A model generated the notes under the pieces. The model did not search any database. It saw only the letters and a list, made by a program, of their open reading frames with translations, and was not told the origin of the DNA. A program made the position numbers and the translations under genes. Of a DNA stretch of 64,000 nt, positions 28,861-39,039 are shown in pieces. Position 1 is the first letter of the stretch; every line of letters begins with the position of its first letter. The DNA is taken from positions 746 to 64,745 of the forward strand of contig CAWJHE010000004.1 in the NCBI GenBank assembly GCA_963842455.1. Direction: 5' to 3'. This DNA is from an uncultured Chloroflexia bacterium (GTDB lineage Bacteria > Chloroflexota > Anaerolineae > Anaerolineales > UBA4823).

Positions 28861-29755
28861 ATGCCCCCAAAACCACGCCGCAAACCTGCCACCAGCACCA
28901 GCGCATTCGGTTCGCCAGGACGCACCAGCCATGATGCATCCACCTTCTATCAAAGTCGCTTGTATGAAAACCTGCCTGAGCCGCAGAAGATGCACTTACC
29001 AAGAGACTGCATTACCAGAACAAGTCGTAGATCATATTCTGTGCGCATCCTCTCAGAATATGCACCAATTGCCAGATCACTGCATCCATCTGATGGTCAC
29101 TTCCCCGCCATACAACGTGGGTAAAGATTATGATGAAAACCTGACACTTCAAGAGTATCTGGACTTTTTAGCTGGTGTTTTCAAAGAAGTTTATCGTGTC
29201 CTGGTACCCGGTGGACGAGCTTGTATCAACATCGCCAATCTGGGTCGAAAACCTTACTTGCCGCTGAATGCTTTCATTGTTCAAACGATGTTAGACTTGA
29301 ATTTTCTAATGCGCGGAGAAATCATCTGGAATAAAGCTGCCAGCGCAAGCTCATCTACAGCCTGGGGCAGCTGGCTTTCTGCTGCCAACCCAACTTTACG
29401 GGATGTACACGAATATCTCCTGGTCTTCTCCAAGGACACCTTCAAACGCCTGAACCCAGAAAAACGCCAGTCAACCATTACCAAAGAAGATTTCCTGGAA
29501 TGCAGCAAAAGTGTCTGGACCTTTCCAACCGAATCTGCAAAAAAGATTGGTCACCCTGCCCCATTCCCCATCGAATTGCCGAGACGACTGATCCAATTGT
29601 ACACATTTTCCAATGAAGTCATTCTCGACCCGTTCATGGGAAGCGGGCAAACCGCATTAGCGGCATTGGCATCTGGACGGCATTTCGTGGGGTACGAGGT
29701 TAACGAAGATTACGCCAAGTTGGCTGAAAAGAGGATTCTGCAAGCCAAAAGCTGA
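28861..29755 (+). CDS. Beta-class N6-adenine/N4-cytosine DNA methyltransferase (N6_N4_Mtase family), frameshift near 28990
   Basis: Motif IV 'MVTSPPYNVGKDY' precedes motif I 'DPFMGSGQTALAA'. The family-typical N-terminus 'SAFGSPGRTSHDASTFYQSRLY' lies in ORF 28861-29124. Confidence 0.8.
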
Positions 29756-29797
29756 TTGTGGTATCATTCAGCATCCTACTTAAAACCTGGTGTACTC

Positions 29798-30856
29798 ATG
29801 AAACCTTATCAAGGCATTTTAGATCGTTACGGATCATTACTGGATCTGCCATCCCACACAAAACCTGTTACTTTACTCGAAGGAAATACTCCACTAATCC
29901 CGGTTCCCAGGCTGGCTCAAGAATTAGCCTCTGGAATGGAATTGTTCATAAAATATGAAGGTCTGAATCCGACTGGCTCCTTTAAAGATCGCGGCATGAC
30001 CGCCGCAATCAGCGAGGCAGCCGGGCGCGGGGTCAAAGCTGTTATCTGCGCATCAACAGGAAATACAGCCGCTTCAGCAGCCGCTTACGCTGCTCGAGCC
30101 GGCATGAAAGCTATTGTCTTAATCCCGCAAGGCAAAGTAGCGGCTGGTAAATTAGCTGGCGCTATTGCCTATGGTGCGCAAGTGGTTCAAGTTGACGGCT
30201 CATTTGACGATGCCCTGGCGCTGGTTGTTGAAATTACCCAACGCCACCCCATTGCTCTGGTCAATTCACTCAACCCCTACCGGCTTGAAGGGCAGAAATC
30301 TTCTGCCTTTGAAATTTGCGATTCGCTCGGAGAAGCGCCTGATTGGTTATGCTTACCTGTGGGCAATGCAGGCAATATCACGGCTTACTGGATGGGTTTC
30401 AATCAATACAACACCCTGAAAAACACAGGCCTACCCCAGATTCTCGGGGTCCAGGCAGCCGGTTCAGCCCCCTTGGTCCTTGGTCACCCTGTGGAAAAAC
30501 CCGAGACTGTGGCAACAGCGATCCGAATCGGCCGCCCAGCTCGTGGCGAACAGGCCCTACAGGCCGCCGAAGAATCAAATGGGCGTATCATTGCAGTTTC
30601 GGATGACGCCATTCTTTCCATGCAGCGCCGTCTGGCAAAAGAAGGCGTCTGGGTCGAGCCAGCTTCCGCGGCTGGAATTGCAGGCCTGGCAGCTCAATTA
30701 CAATCCGGCGAGCTGGACATGACGGGCAAACGCGTCGTGGTCATCTGTACAGGTCATGGTCTCAAAGACCCAGATATCATCGTAAAACAATTTCATCAGC
30801 CAACCGTTTTACCTCCCCAGCTGCAAGCCCTGGAAGATATCATACTGGATCAATAA
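29798..30856 (+). CDS. thrC: Threonine synthase
   Basis: 'LLEGNTPLIP..LFIKYEGLNPTGSFKDRGMT' carries the PLP lysine in the correct context. Confidence 0.92.
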   Translation: MKPYQGILDRYGSLLDLPSHTKPVTLLEGNTPLIPVPRLAQELASGMELFIKYEGLNPTGSFKDRGMTAAISEAAGRGVKAVICASTGNTAASAAAYAARAGMKAIVLIPQGKVAAGKLAGAIAYGAQVVQVDGSFDDALALVVEITQRHPIALVNSLNPYRLEGQKSSAFEICDSLGEAPDWLCLPVGNAGNITAYWMGFNQYNTLKNTGLPQILGVQAAGSAPLVLGHPVEKPETVATAIRIGRPARGEQALQAAEESNGRIIAVSDDAILSMQRRLAKEGVWVEPASAAGIAGLAAQLQSGELDMTGKRVVVICTGHGLKDPDIIVKQFHQPTVLPPQLQALEDIILDQ

Positions 30857-30969
30857 CCCTGATCAAGCCGAATAGTTTATTCAAATCAAGTCTTGCAACC
30901 TGAAACGAAAATCTGCGTAGATAGATTGTAGACATTTACAAGAATAATATTTTGATCAGGAGAATTACC

Positions 30970-31209
30970 ATGAATACCGAAGTTAAACGTCTCTATCGTT
31001 CCCGCACCGAGCGCATGATCGGCGGGATTTGCGGCGGGTTAGCCAATTTCATCAACATCGATGTCACCCTGGTTCGATTGCTTTTCGTATTTGGCGCAAT
31101 CTTTGGCGGACCAGGCATATTGGTTTACCTGGTGATGCTCTTTGTCATTCCTGAAGAGCCTTTAACCAGCCAGGCTGTAATCACCCCCCATGAAGAAAAG
31201 ACCGAGTAA
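30970..31209 (+). CDS. PspC-domain membrane protein
   Basis: 'LYRSRTERMIGGICGGLANFINIDVTLVRLLFV' is the PspC signature. An AGGAG Shine-Dalgarno lies upstream. Confidence 0.8.
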   Translation: MNTEVKRLYRSRTERMIGGICGGLANFINIDVTLVRLLFVFGAIFGGPGILVYLVMLFVIPEEPLTSQAVITPHEEKTE

Positions 31210-31225
31210 ATTTCAGCCAAAGAGA

Positions 31226-31267
31226 ACGGTCACCCCATCCGAGCTGAATGGGGTGACCGTTTTTTTA
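31226..31267 (+). terminator. Intrinsic terminator
   Basis: A 12-bp stem 'acggtcacccca'/'tggggtgaccgt' is followed by TTTTTT. Confidence 0.7.
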
Positions 31268-32401
31268 TTCACTGCCCACAATATGAGTCAGCGTACGGTG
31301 CAAAGGAGCATAACCGCGTTCCACCTGTTCAGGTGTCGGGAAGGTAGCTTCGTCCGGCTTGTCCGAAAGGCCAAATAATAAGGCGCCGCGTTCTTTCCAG
31401 GACAAAGCTGCCTGGCGCACCTCCTGTGTGATCACAATCTCTTGATCCAAAAGGGTTTCCACAGGCGTAGTTCCTGCCAGGTGACCCATGCGCGCCACAG
31501 TTAAGAGATATTCATTCCGCCGGAAAGCTTTAAACGGGGTGGGATCGCCCAGACGCACATAATGATATATCTCCGAATGAATAGCAGCAAGATTCTCGGG
31601 TAAGCCAGCCTTATTCTTGTTCGTCTGTGCAATAAAATCATCAAAAGAATTCAATCGTTTTTCCCTGACTTGCCTGGCCAGGCCGTCTGCGTCTTCTAAC
31701 CCGCTGCCAATTACCAGGCAAATATACGCCAGGTAATCCTGGTTATCAGCTGTAAAGGGGTGGAACTCCACCTGGTTGAACAGTTCATAGGCAGTCTTAA
31801 AGAGCTGTAAATCAAACGATTTCCCCAGCAAATCCGCCACGGTGTGTTGAACAGCGTTCACCCGCGCCTGATCAATTGTATGAGCATTCCTACCACGCGC
31901 CCCCAGGGTGGTTTTATCCAGGTCAATCACCAAGGCGGTAGATTCATCGCCTGGGATTCCTTGATCCTGGCAAAACCGGTCAAAATCAGTCAGCGCTGAC
32001 CAGCGGTTAGCCAGGTAAATCAAATCGCCGCCCGGCAGTTCCTCAACTTGAAATGAGGCGGGTTGGTTATTCTCAGAGCCGATAAAAGCCGCCCCGCGCC
32101 ACCCACCCGCCTGGCACAGGTTGGTAAAGGCGGTGCCATCCAACATGCGTGTATCACCAATCAATACCAGGTTGCGAATATTCCCATTAACCCCGCGTCT
32201 ATGCTGAACTTCCTGCAGAAGATAAGCTACTACCTGGGCATAGGCTGGCTGGGTTTTGCGCGGCGCTCCGCCCTGGCTTAGACCTATTTTTGGCGCAATC
32301 GCAGCCAGACCGGGCAAAGATGCATCAGCCGGCTGCAGGTTGCGATACACAATTTGATCCTCCAAAAATTCACTGACAGTTGATAATCCATAATTTTTCA
32401 T
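31265..32401 (-). CDS. Hypothetical protein with HAD-like motifs
   Basis: 378-aa clean ORF. 'LVIDLDKTTLG' (DxDxT-like) and 'LFGLSDKPDEA' suggest a HAD fold. The assignment is tentative. Confidence 0.5.
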   Translation of the reverse strand: MKNYGLSTVSEFLEDQIVYRNLQPADASLPGLAAIAPKIGLSQGGAPRKTQPAYAQVVAYLLQEVQHRRGVNGNIRNLVLIGDTRMLDGTAFTNLCQAGGWRGAAFIGSENNQPASFQVEELPGGDLIYLANRWSALTDFDRFCQDQGIPGDESTALVIDLDKTTLGARGRNAHTIDQARVNAVQHTVADLLGKSFDLQLFKTAYELFNQVEFHPFTADNQDYLAYICLVIGSGLEDADGLARQVREKRLNSFDDFIAQTNKNKAGLPENLAAIHSEIYHYVRLGDPTPFKAFRRNEYLLTVARMGHLAGTTPVETLLDQEIVITQEVRQAALSWKERGALLFGLSDKPDEATFPTPEQVERGYAPLHRTLTHIVGSE

Positions 32402-32578
32402 TTTGTTTGCCTGTTTTTTTAGAATTTACTGATTTTATCCGCCTTTCTTGAAAACTGGTAGCCATACAACCCAACTAGTGGAAAAATCTTCTCTATACGC
32501 TTCCTTGAAGCTCCAATCTCCATGGTATGATTAAATGGTTTGATCAAAACTCATTTGCGAATTGGAGAACTGTGATTT

Positions 32579-32968
32579 ATGGCCAAAAAAATTATTCAAA
32601 CAAACGCGTCTGTACCTCCCCAGGGCGCCTATTCCCAGGGAATTCGCGCCGGGGATTTTCTCTTTGTCGCTGGTCACACGCCGCTTGATCCCGTAACCCA
32701 ACAAGTAGTCGGCGACACAATCGAAGAGCAAACCGCCCGTGTGCTTGAAAACATTCGCGCTGTATTGGAAGCTGGCGGCGCCGGCCTGGAAGATATCATC
32801 AAGACAACCGTCTACTTAACCGATATCACCTTATTCCCGCGCTTCAACCAGGCTTATGGCAAATTCTTCCCCGAATCTAAACCAGTTCGAGCCACGGTAG
32901 AGGCCAAAATTGTTGGAGATGGCGCTTTGATCGAAATTGAAGCGATTGCGTACGTGGGCGATAAATAG
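32579..32968 (+). CDS. ridA: RidA/YjgF/TdcF family reactive-intermediate deaminase
   Basis: 'APPQGAYSQGIRAGDFLFVAGHTPLDP..' and '..KTTVYLTDITLFPRFNQAYGKFF...PVRATVE' are present. Confidence 0.9.
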   Translation: MAKKIIQTNASVPPQGAYSQGIRAGDFLFVAGHTPLDPVTQQVVGDTIEEQTARVLENIRAVLEAGGAGLEDIIKTTVYLTDITLFPRFNQAYGKFFPESKPVRATVEAKIVGDGALIEIEAIAYVGDK

Positions 32969-33063
32969 AAGCAAATCATCAAAGCGAACAACCAGGGGCA
33001 ATTTCAATCGGTTTATGCTAATTTTATGATTGAACAGGATGCCTTTTATAGAAGGATCAACGC

Positions 33064-33444
33064 ATGTTAGAAAATTTACCCAACGAAACCAGGCTCTTTG
33101 TCTACATTTTGTTGTTTATGTTTGTCAGTGGATTAATACTATCGACGCTTCTTCTGGTTTGGGTTTTATGGCGCATTAAAAAGATCCATTTACCGGAAGG
33201 AGCAGATTTCTTAACCACCCTGAGAGCCACTCCACTGGCAGTGGTCTTGCTTTTAGATGTCTTAGATATGACCCTGGATATCTTCGGTACACCGGTCGCC
33301 TGGGTTGTGCTTGGCAAGTTGGGGTTGCATCCATTGCGAACCGTAACCACCGTAGAAGCCTTTATCCCCGGCACCCAGTTTATCCCCCTGATGACCGCTT
33401 CCTGGATCGTAGCCCGGCTGGCTGGAAAGTCTCGCCGGTTTTAA
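33064..33444 (+). CDS. Small membrane protein, function unknown
   Basis: 126 aa with 3 hydrophobic helices. Confidence 0.5.
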   Translation: MLENLPNETRLFVYILLFMFVSGLILSTLLLVWVLWRIKKIHLPEGADFLTTLRATPLAVVLLLDVLDMTLDIFGTPVAWVVLGKLGLHPLRTVTTVEAFIPGTQFIPLMTASWIVARLAGKSRRF

Positions 33445-33476
33445 TCAGCAGACCATCAAAAGAACCATGTATGATT

Positions 33477-33514
33477 AAAAAGCCCCCCATCGGGTAGATG
33501 AGGGGCTTTTTCAT
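33477..33514. terminator. Bidirectional intrinsic terminator between convergent genes
   Basis: The hairpin 'aaaagcccc..ggggctttt' is flanked by an A-run and a T-run. Confidence 0.6.
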
Positions 33515-33527
33515 TTTGAAGTTCTAC

Positions 33528-36042
33528 CTATTCTTTGGCGATTACCGGCAAATACAAGCGGGATAGCGGCATATCAAATGTCGTCGCATATTTCAAGTTT
33601 ACCCAGGGAGGCATCGTAATAGCTGATCGCTGGTTCACCAAGACCGTTCAAGTGCAATGGAACAGTATTGTCCAACAACTCACCGGCGCTTTCTACGATT
33701 TCAAAGGTCCAGGCGCCATTCCACTTTGCATATTTTAAATCACCATTGGTCTCATCGTAATAGCAAAGATGCCGGTTCATCCGTTCCCGTTGGTATGGCC
33801 AAAGAAACATATTTGCCAACACTACCTGGAGAGTCAATCGTAGAAATCGTCCAATCTGCTAGAACTAGCATGGAAATTCCGGTGTTAGCAACAGCCAACA
33901 TGAGATCCTTTTGTGTATCGTTATAGTAAGCAATGCGCATACGCCAATGGTTAGCTCGGATTGATAAATCATCATCAAAGAGAGCTATGGATGTATATGC
34001 CTCGGTGACAACCACACCATCTCCATCAAGACCAACTTTTACGAGTGGGTAACTCTCCCAGGAGTCGCTAAATCTCTTATAGGCATACTTGATCTACTTC
34101 GTTGGTTTTATCATAATAGCTGATATAGGGACGATCGCTCTCATCCAAAGCCAAGGATGAAAAATAACCGACATCACCCAGTGGGTCCACTGTGGTTATC
34201 TTCCAGGATGTACTGACAGTGTCCCAATAGGCATATTTCAAATCACCCTAGGCTGGCATCATAATAGCTCATATGTGGGTTACCACCAGAGTCAATCGCT
34301 AAAGAGACATACCGACCCACATCCCCAAGCGTATCAACTTTTTAAAAATCCCAATTCTTAGAAACCAGGTTCCATTTAGCATAGACTCAAATCGCCCTGC
34401 GTCTGATCATAGAAAGCAATCGCTGGACGATAATCATCAATCCAGGCTGTTGATGAGTGTTGACCGTCAGAAGAACCCGGGTTCACAAACTCCAATTTCC
34501 CAGTTTGGCGTAAGATAACGGGCAAATTTAAGTGCATCTGCATTCACGTCGCGATAACTGATCGCTGGCTCCCCAAATCCATTGATCGAAAGAGAAGTGT
34601 TCAAGCCAACTTTTGACTCAATATTATTTACGCAACTGATAACGCTGGCTATCCATTTATTATCTACATTGAGGTATGTGTAATTCAACGAGTTATTCGT
34701 AAAGTCACCAAATACGATGCCTGGTTTATTGTTGCTTTTATTAAGAGCAATCGAGGTGTAGAAGCCAATATTGCCATCTGTATAGATCGTCTTTCACCGT
34801 TGTGGTTGAACCACTAGAAATCGAAGCATATTTCAGATCGCCATTGGTTTGATCATAGTAACTTATCCAGACTTTCCCATCAGAGCCGCGCGCAATGGAT
34901 GTATACAAACCCACAACACCTTGGGTGTCAATCGCTGGTTTTTTCCATTGTAAATCGAGCCCTACATATGCATATTTCAGATTATAACTGGTAAAATCCA
35001 GGTAACTGATATGGGGATAAACACTGGATCCTATTTCCTGCAAAGCCAAGGAAGCATAGGAACCAACATTATGATCTTGATCTACATCGAAAATCTGCCA
35101 ACTACCGCTACTAGATCTACGTGCATACTTCAAGTCATCATACTTCTCTGACATATACGCAATATGCGGACGATTACTTTGATCTACCGCAATTGAGGTA
35201 TGAGTACCCACGACACCCTGGTCACTATAGGCATCAACTGTTTCAATCGTCCAACTCATTGGCAAATAGAAACGATCCCAATACGCATATTTCAAATCTC
35301 GGTTGGCTTCATCGTAGTAACTGATATGAATATTCCCGTAATTATCTACCGCAATAGATGTATGTTTACCTACACCAATAGACGCTTCAACCTGGGAAAT
35401 CAAATCTTCTTGTTGCGAAGGATCCGCCTGTTGTTCGCTTCTAAACAAACTATCTTCCAACTTACGTAAGGCTTGTAGTTCTGGACTGGAAACCTCATCA
35501 ATCTCTGGCAAGCCTGTCTCTGAAATAGCATAGGGGAGAGGGCTGGTATCCACAACGAGCTTTTCCCAACCACTGCCCAGGTTATAGGCTAACTTTAAAT
35601 TACCATTAGCAGCATCGTAATAGCTGATAAACGGCCGAGAAGAGAAATCAAATGCCAGGGCTGCATAAGACACCAACCAGATAACTGCCGTCAACCACTT
35701 CCTCATCCCATTTTTGTCCACATTATTCCAGCAGGAATAATATAGATAGTCGCCGCCAAAGGCCACACAAGGGGTGTTATCACTTTTTAAAGCCAGGCTG
35801 CGATCAGTCATAAACCGTAAAGATAGAGGGAAGGGTGGGAGCTGCTGGCGCCCCGATCAATTACCTGGATATTCCAGGTTGCGGCAGGTGCATCCGGTGC
35901 AGGCAGGGGGACTGCCCCTTGCGCCGACGAGGTCACAAGCGATAGAAGGATGACCAAAGCACTGATGTGGTACAACTTCACTCCCTGCAGATTTGCGCTT
36001 ATTTTCGCTCTGTCGAGCCAAAGTTCTTTTGATTGGTTTCAT
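33528..36042 (-). pseudogene. Secreted multi-blade beta-propeller-like repeat protein, heavily disrupted (many frameshifts and in-frame stops)
   Basis: An ATG at 36042 follows an AGGAG Shine-Dalgarno. A signal peptide '..ISALVILLSLVTSSAQG' lies in a shifted frame. More than 12 copies of a ~45-50 aa repeat '..TS(I/L)A(V/L)D..G.P.ISYYD..N.DLKYA..' are scattered over all three minus frames (ORFs 34741-35811, 34467-34688, 33752-34015 and 33574-33837). There are stop codons inside repeats at about 34080-34440. Confidence 0.65.
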
Positions 36043-36212
36043 TGTAATCTCCTGACCTGTTCTTGTTTTATCTTGTCTAGTAACAGGATTTTTTATGTTA
36101 ATTATTCGATACAAGTAACTACTCAAAACAGCATTTCGAAGTATAGCATAATCCTGCAGCTTTGGCGAAATGGGCTATTTCACCGCCGAGACCAGGAAAA
36201 AACCTCGGCAGA

Positions 36213-37469
36213 TCAATTCGTACGCAAGAAATCTAATCCGTACTGCGCATCCAGGTAATTCGGGTTCTCCTCCAAGGCACGCCGGAAATCCGCTTCTGCC
36301 TGGATCCTATCGCCTTGCCGGTACATAGCCCAACCATGCCATAACCAGGCTTCCTCTGCATTCGGAGTAATCTGTAAAGCATACTCAGTCAATGCAATCA
36401 AATCATCCATTTGACCCGTGTGAAAATAGGCGATAAATGGACCAAACTGGTAACGCAACATCCGTTGCGGCAAACCCAGCTCGCGGGCTTTATCATACGC
36501 GTCAGTTGCCTCAATATAACGCTCAAAATACATCAGGTTCGTACCCAGGTTAAACCAGGCAAAAGCATTCTCCGGGTCAGATTGCGTTTCTTCTTGGGCT
36601 ACCACTAACGCATGCTCCCGGTTAACATCTGCATCCCAATGCTCGCCCATGATACTCTTTAACAATTCTTCTTGACCAGGCAAGTAGATCACAATATAAA
36701 CGCGGTTAAATGCCTGCCAATATTCATCCAGCGTATCATATGGGATTTCAAGATCTGGTCCGTGAAAGCTATCCTGGCCAATAAAATGACTGGCGGTGTC
36801 ATCATAACCGGTCAGCAACTGGTAGTGGGCTGCCCACAAGTCGTCATTCGCCCAAAACGGCTCATCAAAATGGAATGTTTCTTCAATCATAACGGGAATG
36901 CCAGCCGCTAAAAGTTTTTTAAGCAGATCAAGATCCCCACCCACCCGGTATTGGACATTTAGCCAACCAGCTCTTGTGCGTACATAGTAAGCAAGCTCTT
37001 CAACATTCACATTGCGATCTTCGCGAAAAGGCTTGAGCAGAGAAGCAATATCTTCCTGGTTTCCCTGCCAGCCATAATAGCGCAGGTACATCGCCAGACT
37101 GGCTGGCCCACAATTGTTGATATCCTGTTTTTCGTACCCCGGGCTGGTTAAAATCACGCTTTCTGGCAATGGGGTGGCTGTCGGATATTGTGTAGGTGTG
37201 ACTACCAAAGTTGGTGTGGGTGTATTAACTGGAGTGGAAGTAGGCGGAGCTATCGTCGGAGATGCATTTGCCTGCATAACCTGTGTAGGTGATGGCAACG
37301 CGGTAGGCATAGAACGGATCGGATTAATAATACTGCGCACATAAGCCATGGCAAAATCAACCCGCCAGCCTATCCGATCTTGAACCGCTGGTAACCAGAC
37401 AATCATCCCCGCTAAAATTAACACAACCCCCACTAAAAACAGGGTTTTTATCTTTTTTGACATGCGCAT
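36213..37469 (-). CDS. Membrane-anchored C39-like (papain-fold) peptidase domain protein with C-terminal TPR repeats
   Basis: It has a TM helix 'LFLVGVVLILAGMIVWL', a Pro/Thr linker, 'DINNCGPASLAMYLRYYGW' plus 'AAHYQLLTGYDD' (Cys/His of Peptidase_C39_2-type domains), and a TPR-like C-terminus. The start is set at M76 of the listed ORF to avoid overlap with the miaB promoter and start. Confidence 0.7.
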   Translation of the reverse strand: MRMSKKIKTLFLVGVVLILAGMIVWLPAVQDRIGWRVDFAMAYVRSIINPIRSMPTALPSPTQVMQANASPTIAPPTSTPVNTPTPTLVVTPTQYPTATPLPESVILTSPGYEKQDINNCGPASLAMYLRYYGWQGNQEDIASLLKPFREDRNVNVEELAYYVRTRAGWLNVQYRVGGDLDLLKKLLAAGIPVMIEETFHFDEPFWANDDLWAAHYQLLTGYDDTASHFIGQDSFHGPDLEIPYDTLDEYWQAFNRVYIVIYLPGQEELLKSIMGEHWDADVNREHALVVAQEETQSDPENAFAWFNLGTNLMYFERYIEATDAYDKARELGLPQRMLRYQFGPFIAYFHTGQMDDLIALTEYALQITPNAEEAWLWHGWAMYRQGDRIQAEADFRRALEENPNYLDAQYGLDFLRTN

Positions 37470-37625
37470 GGCGGCAATTTTATCACCAGTTGACTTGACT
37501 TTGGTGAACAAGGGATTAAGGAAAGGACAAATCCCGGTTATGAACTGAGTTTCCGCTAGACAGAGCTCTTTCGTTAGAAAAAAAGACGGATGGTACCCTG
37601 GATTATAACCTTTATGATTTTCTAA

Positions 37626-37654
37626 TTGCTCGTTTCCCTTTGGATTGTTATAAT
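37626..37654 (+). promoter_or_regulatory. Candidate sigma-70 promoter of miaB (-35 TTGCTC, 17-nt spacer, -10 TATAAT) that would give a leaderless mRNA
   Basis: The -10 ends 7 nt before the ATG at 37662 and no Shine-Dalgarno is present. Confidence 0.4.
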
Positions 37655-37661
37655 ACTGGAC

Positions 37662-39039
37662 ATGAAATATCACATTTGGACTGAAGGTTGTCAAATGAAT
37701 GTCGCGGATTCACTGCGAGTGGCATCCGCGCTTGAACATCTTGGTTATCACCCAACACCACGCCCTGAGGAAGCACAGGTGATCGTACTGAACACCTGTG
37801 TAGTACGCCAGAGTGCAGAAGATAAAGCTTATGGACGATTAAGTTCTTTGCGCCCCCTGAAGAAGCAGAGACCGGATTTGGTGATTAACTTGATGGGTTG
37901 TTTGGTTGGGGTTAAAGGCCACGAACGGTTACAAAAACGCTTTCCCTACGTGGATGTGTTTTCCCCACCCTCGGATCCTGGCCCTCTGATCGCCTTCTTG
38001 ACCCAGGGAGAAAGCCAGAGCCTGGAAGAGGCGCAAACACAGCAGCGCTTTGCTTTGATGGATGGAGACCTGGTTCTGCCGCAGGATGAAAGAGAAAAAC
38101 TGGTCGCATCCTTTGTGCCGGTGGTTTTGGGTTGTTCCCATGCCTGCACCTATTGCATCATCCCCTACCGGCGCGGCGTCGAACGCAGCCGCTCTGTCGG
38201 CGACATTGTTGCAGAGTCGCGCGCGTCTGGTATCGCAAGGCGTGAAAGAGATCACCCTTTTAGGTCAGATTGTTGACCGCTATGGAAAAGATATCCCAGA
38301 TGGACCCAACCTGGCCAGTTTGCTGCGCATCTTACATCAGATCGATGGCTTAGAAAGGATACGTTTTCTAACCTCGCACCCCAATTGGATGAACGATGAT
38401 CTCTTAGATGCGGTTGCAGAATTACCCAAAGTTATGCCGCATATCGAAGTCCCTGTACAGGCTGGGGATGACCAGGTCCTGGAGAACATGAAACGCGGTT
38501 ACACAGCAGCGGATTATCGGGAACTCGTCCAACGCATTCGCCAGCGCATCCCAGGTGTATCAATTGCAACCGATATCATCGTCGGCTTCCCAGGTGAGAC
38601 CGATGAGCAATTCCAACATACTTACGACCTCCTGGATGAGCTGCAAATGGATGTTGCCCACCTGGCGCGATATTCCACACGACCTGGAACCGTTGCCGAC
38701 CGGCGCATGCAGGATGATGTGCCTGAAGAGGAAAAAATGCGCCGTTTTCGCCTGCTTGAGAATTTACAAGAAGGCATTGCAACACGCATTAACTCAACCT
38801 ATCTGGGCGAGACGGTCGACGTCCTTTTCGAGGAGCAGGTACGCGGCAGGTGGCGAGGACGGACGCCCACCAACAAGCTAGTTTTTGTTCAATCGGATGA
38901 AGATTTACTCGGAGAATTACGGCCTGTGCAAATCACCTGGACTGGACCCTGGTCTATGCAAGGTCGTTTACCCAGGAGTTTCGCCAGTACCCAGCCAGTT
39001 GAAAACCTGACCATGCTGAACCCGATATCGAATGATTGA
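37662..39039 (+). CDS. miaB: tRNA-i6A37 methylthiotransferase MiaB (radical SAM), one frameshift near 38220
   Basis: It starts 'KYHIWTEGCQMNVADS', has the radical-SAM 'GCSHACTYCIIPYRRG', then 'GVKEITLLGQIVDRYG' and a TRAM C-terminus. The two ORFs join at '..DIVAESRA/LVSQGVKEI..'. Confidence 0.9.

Noticed and set aside
28118-30856. Restriction-modification system around the DNA methyltransferase
   Set aside because: The flanking genes are comEA and thrC. No endonuclease-like or specificity-subunit ORF is present on either strand.
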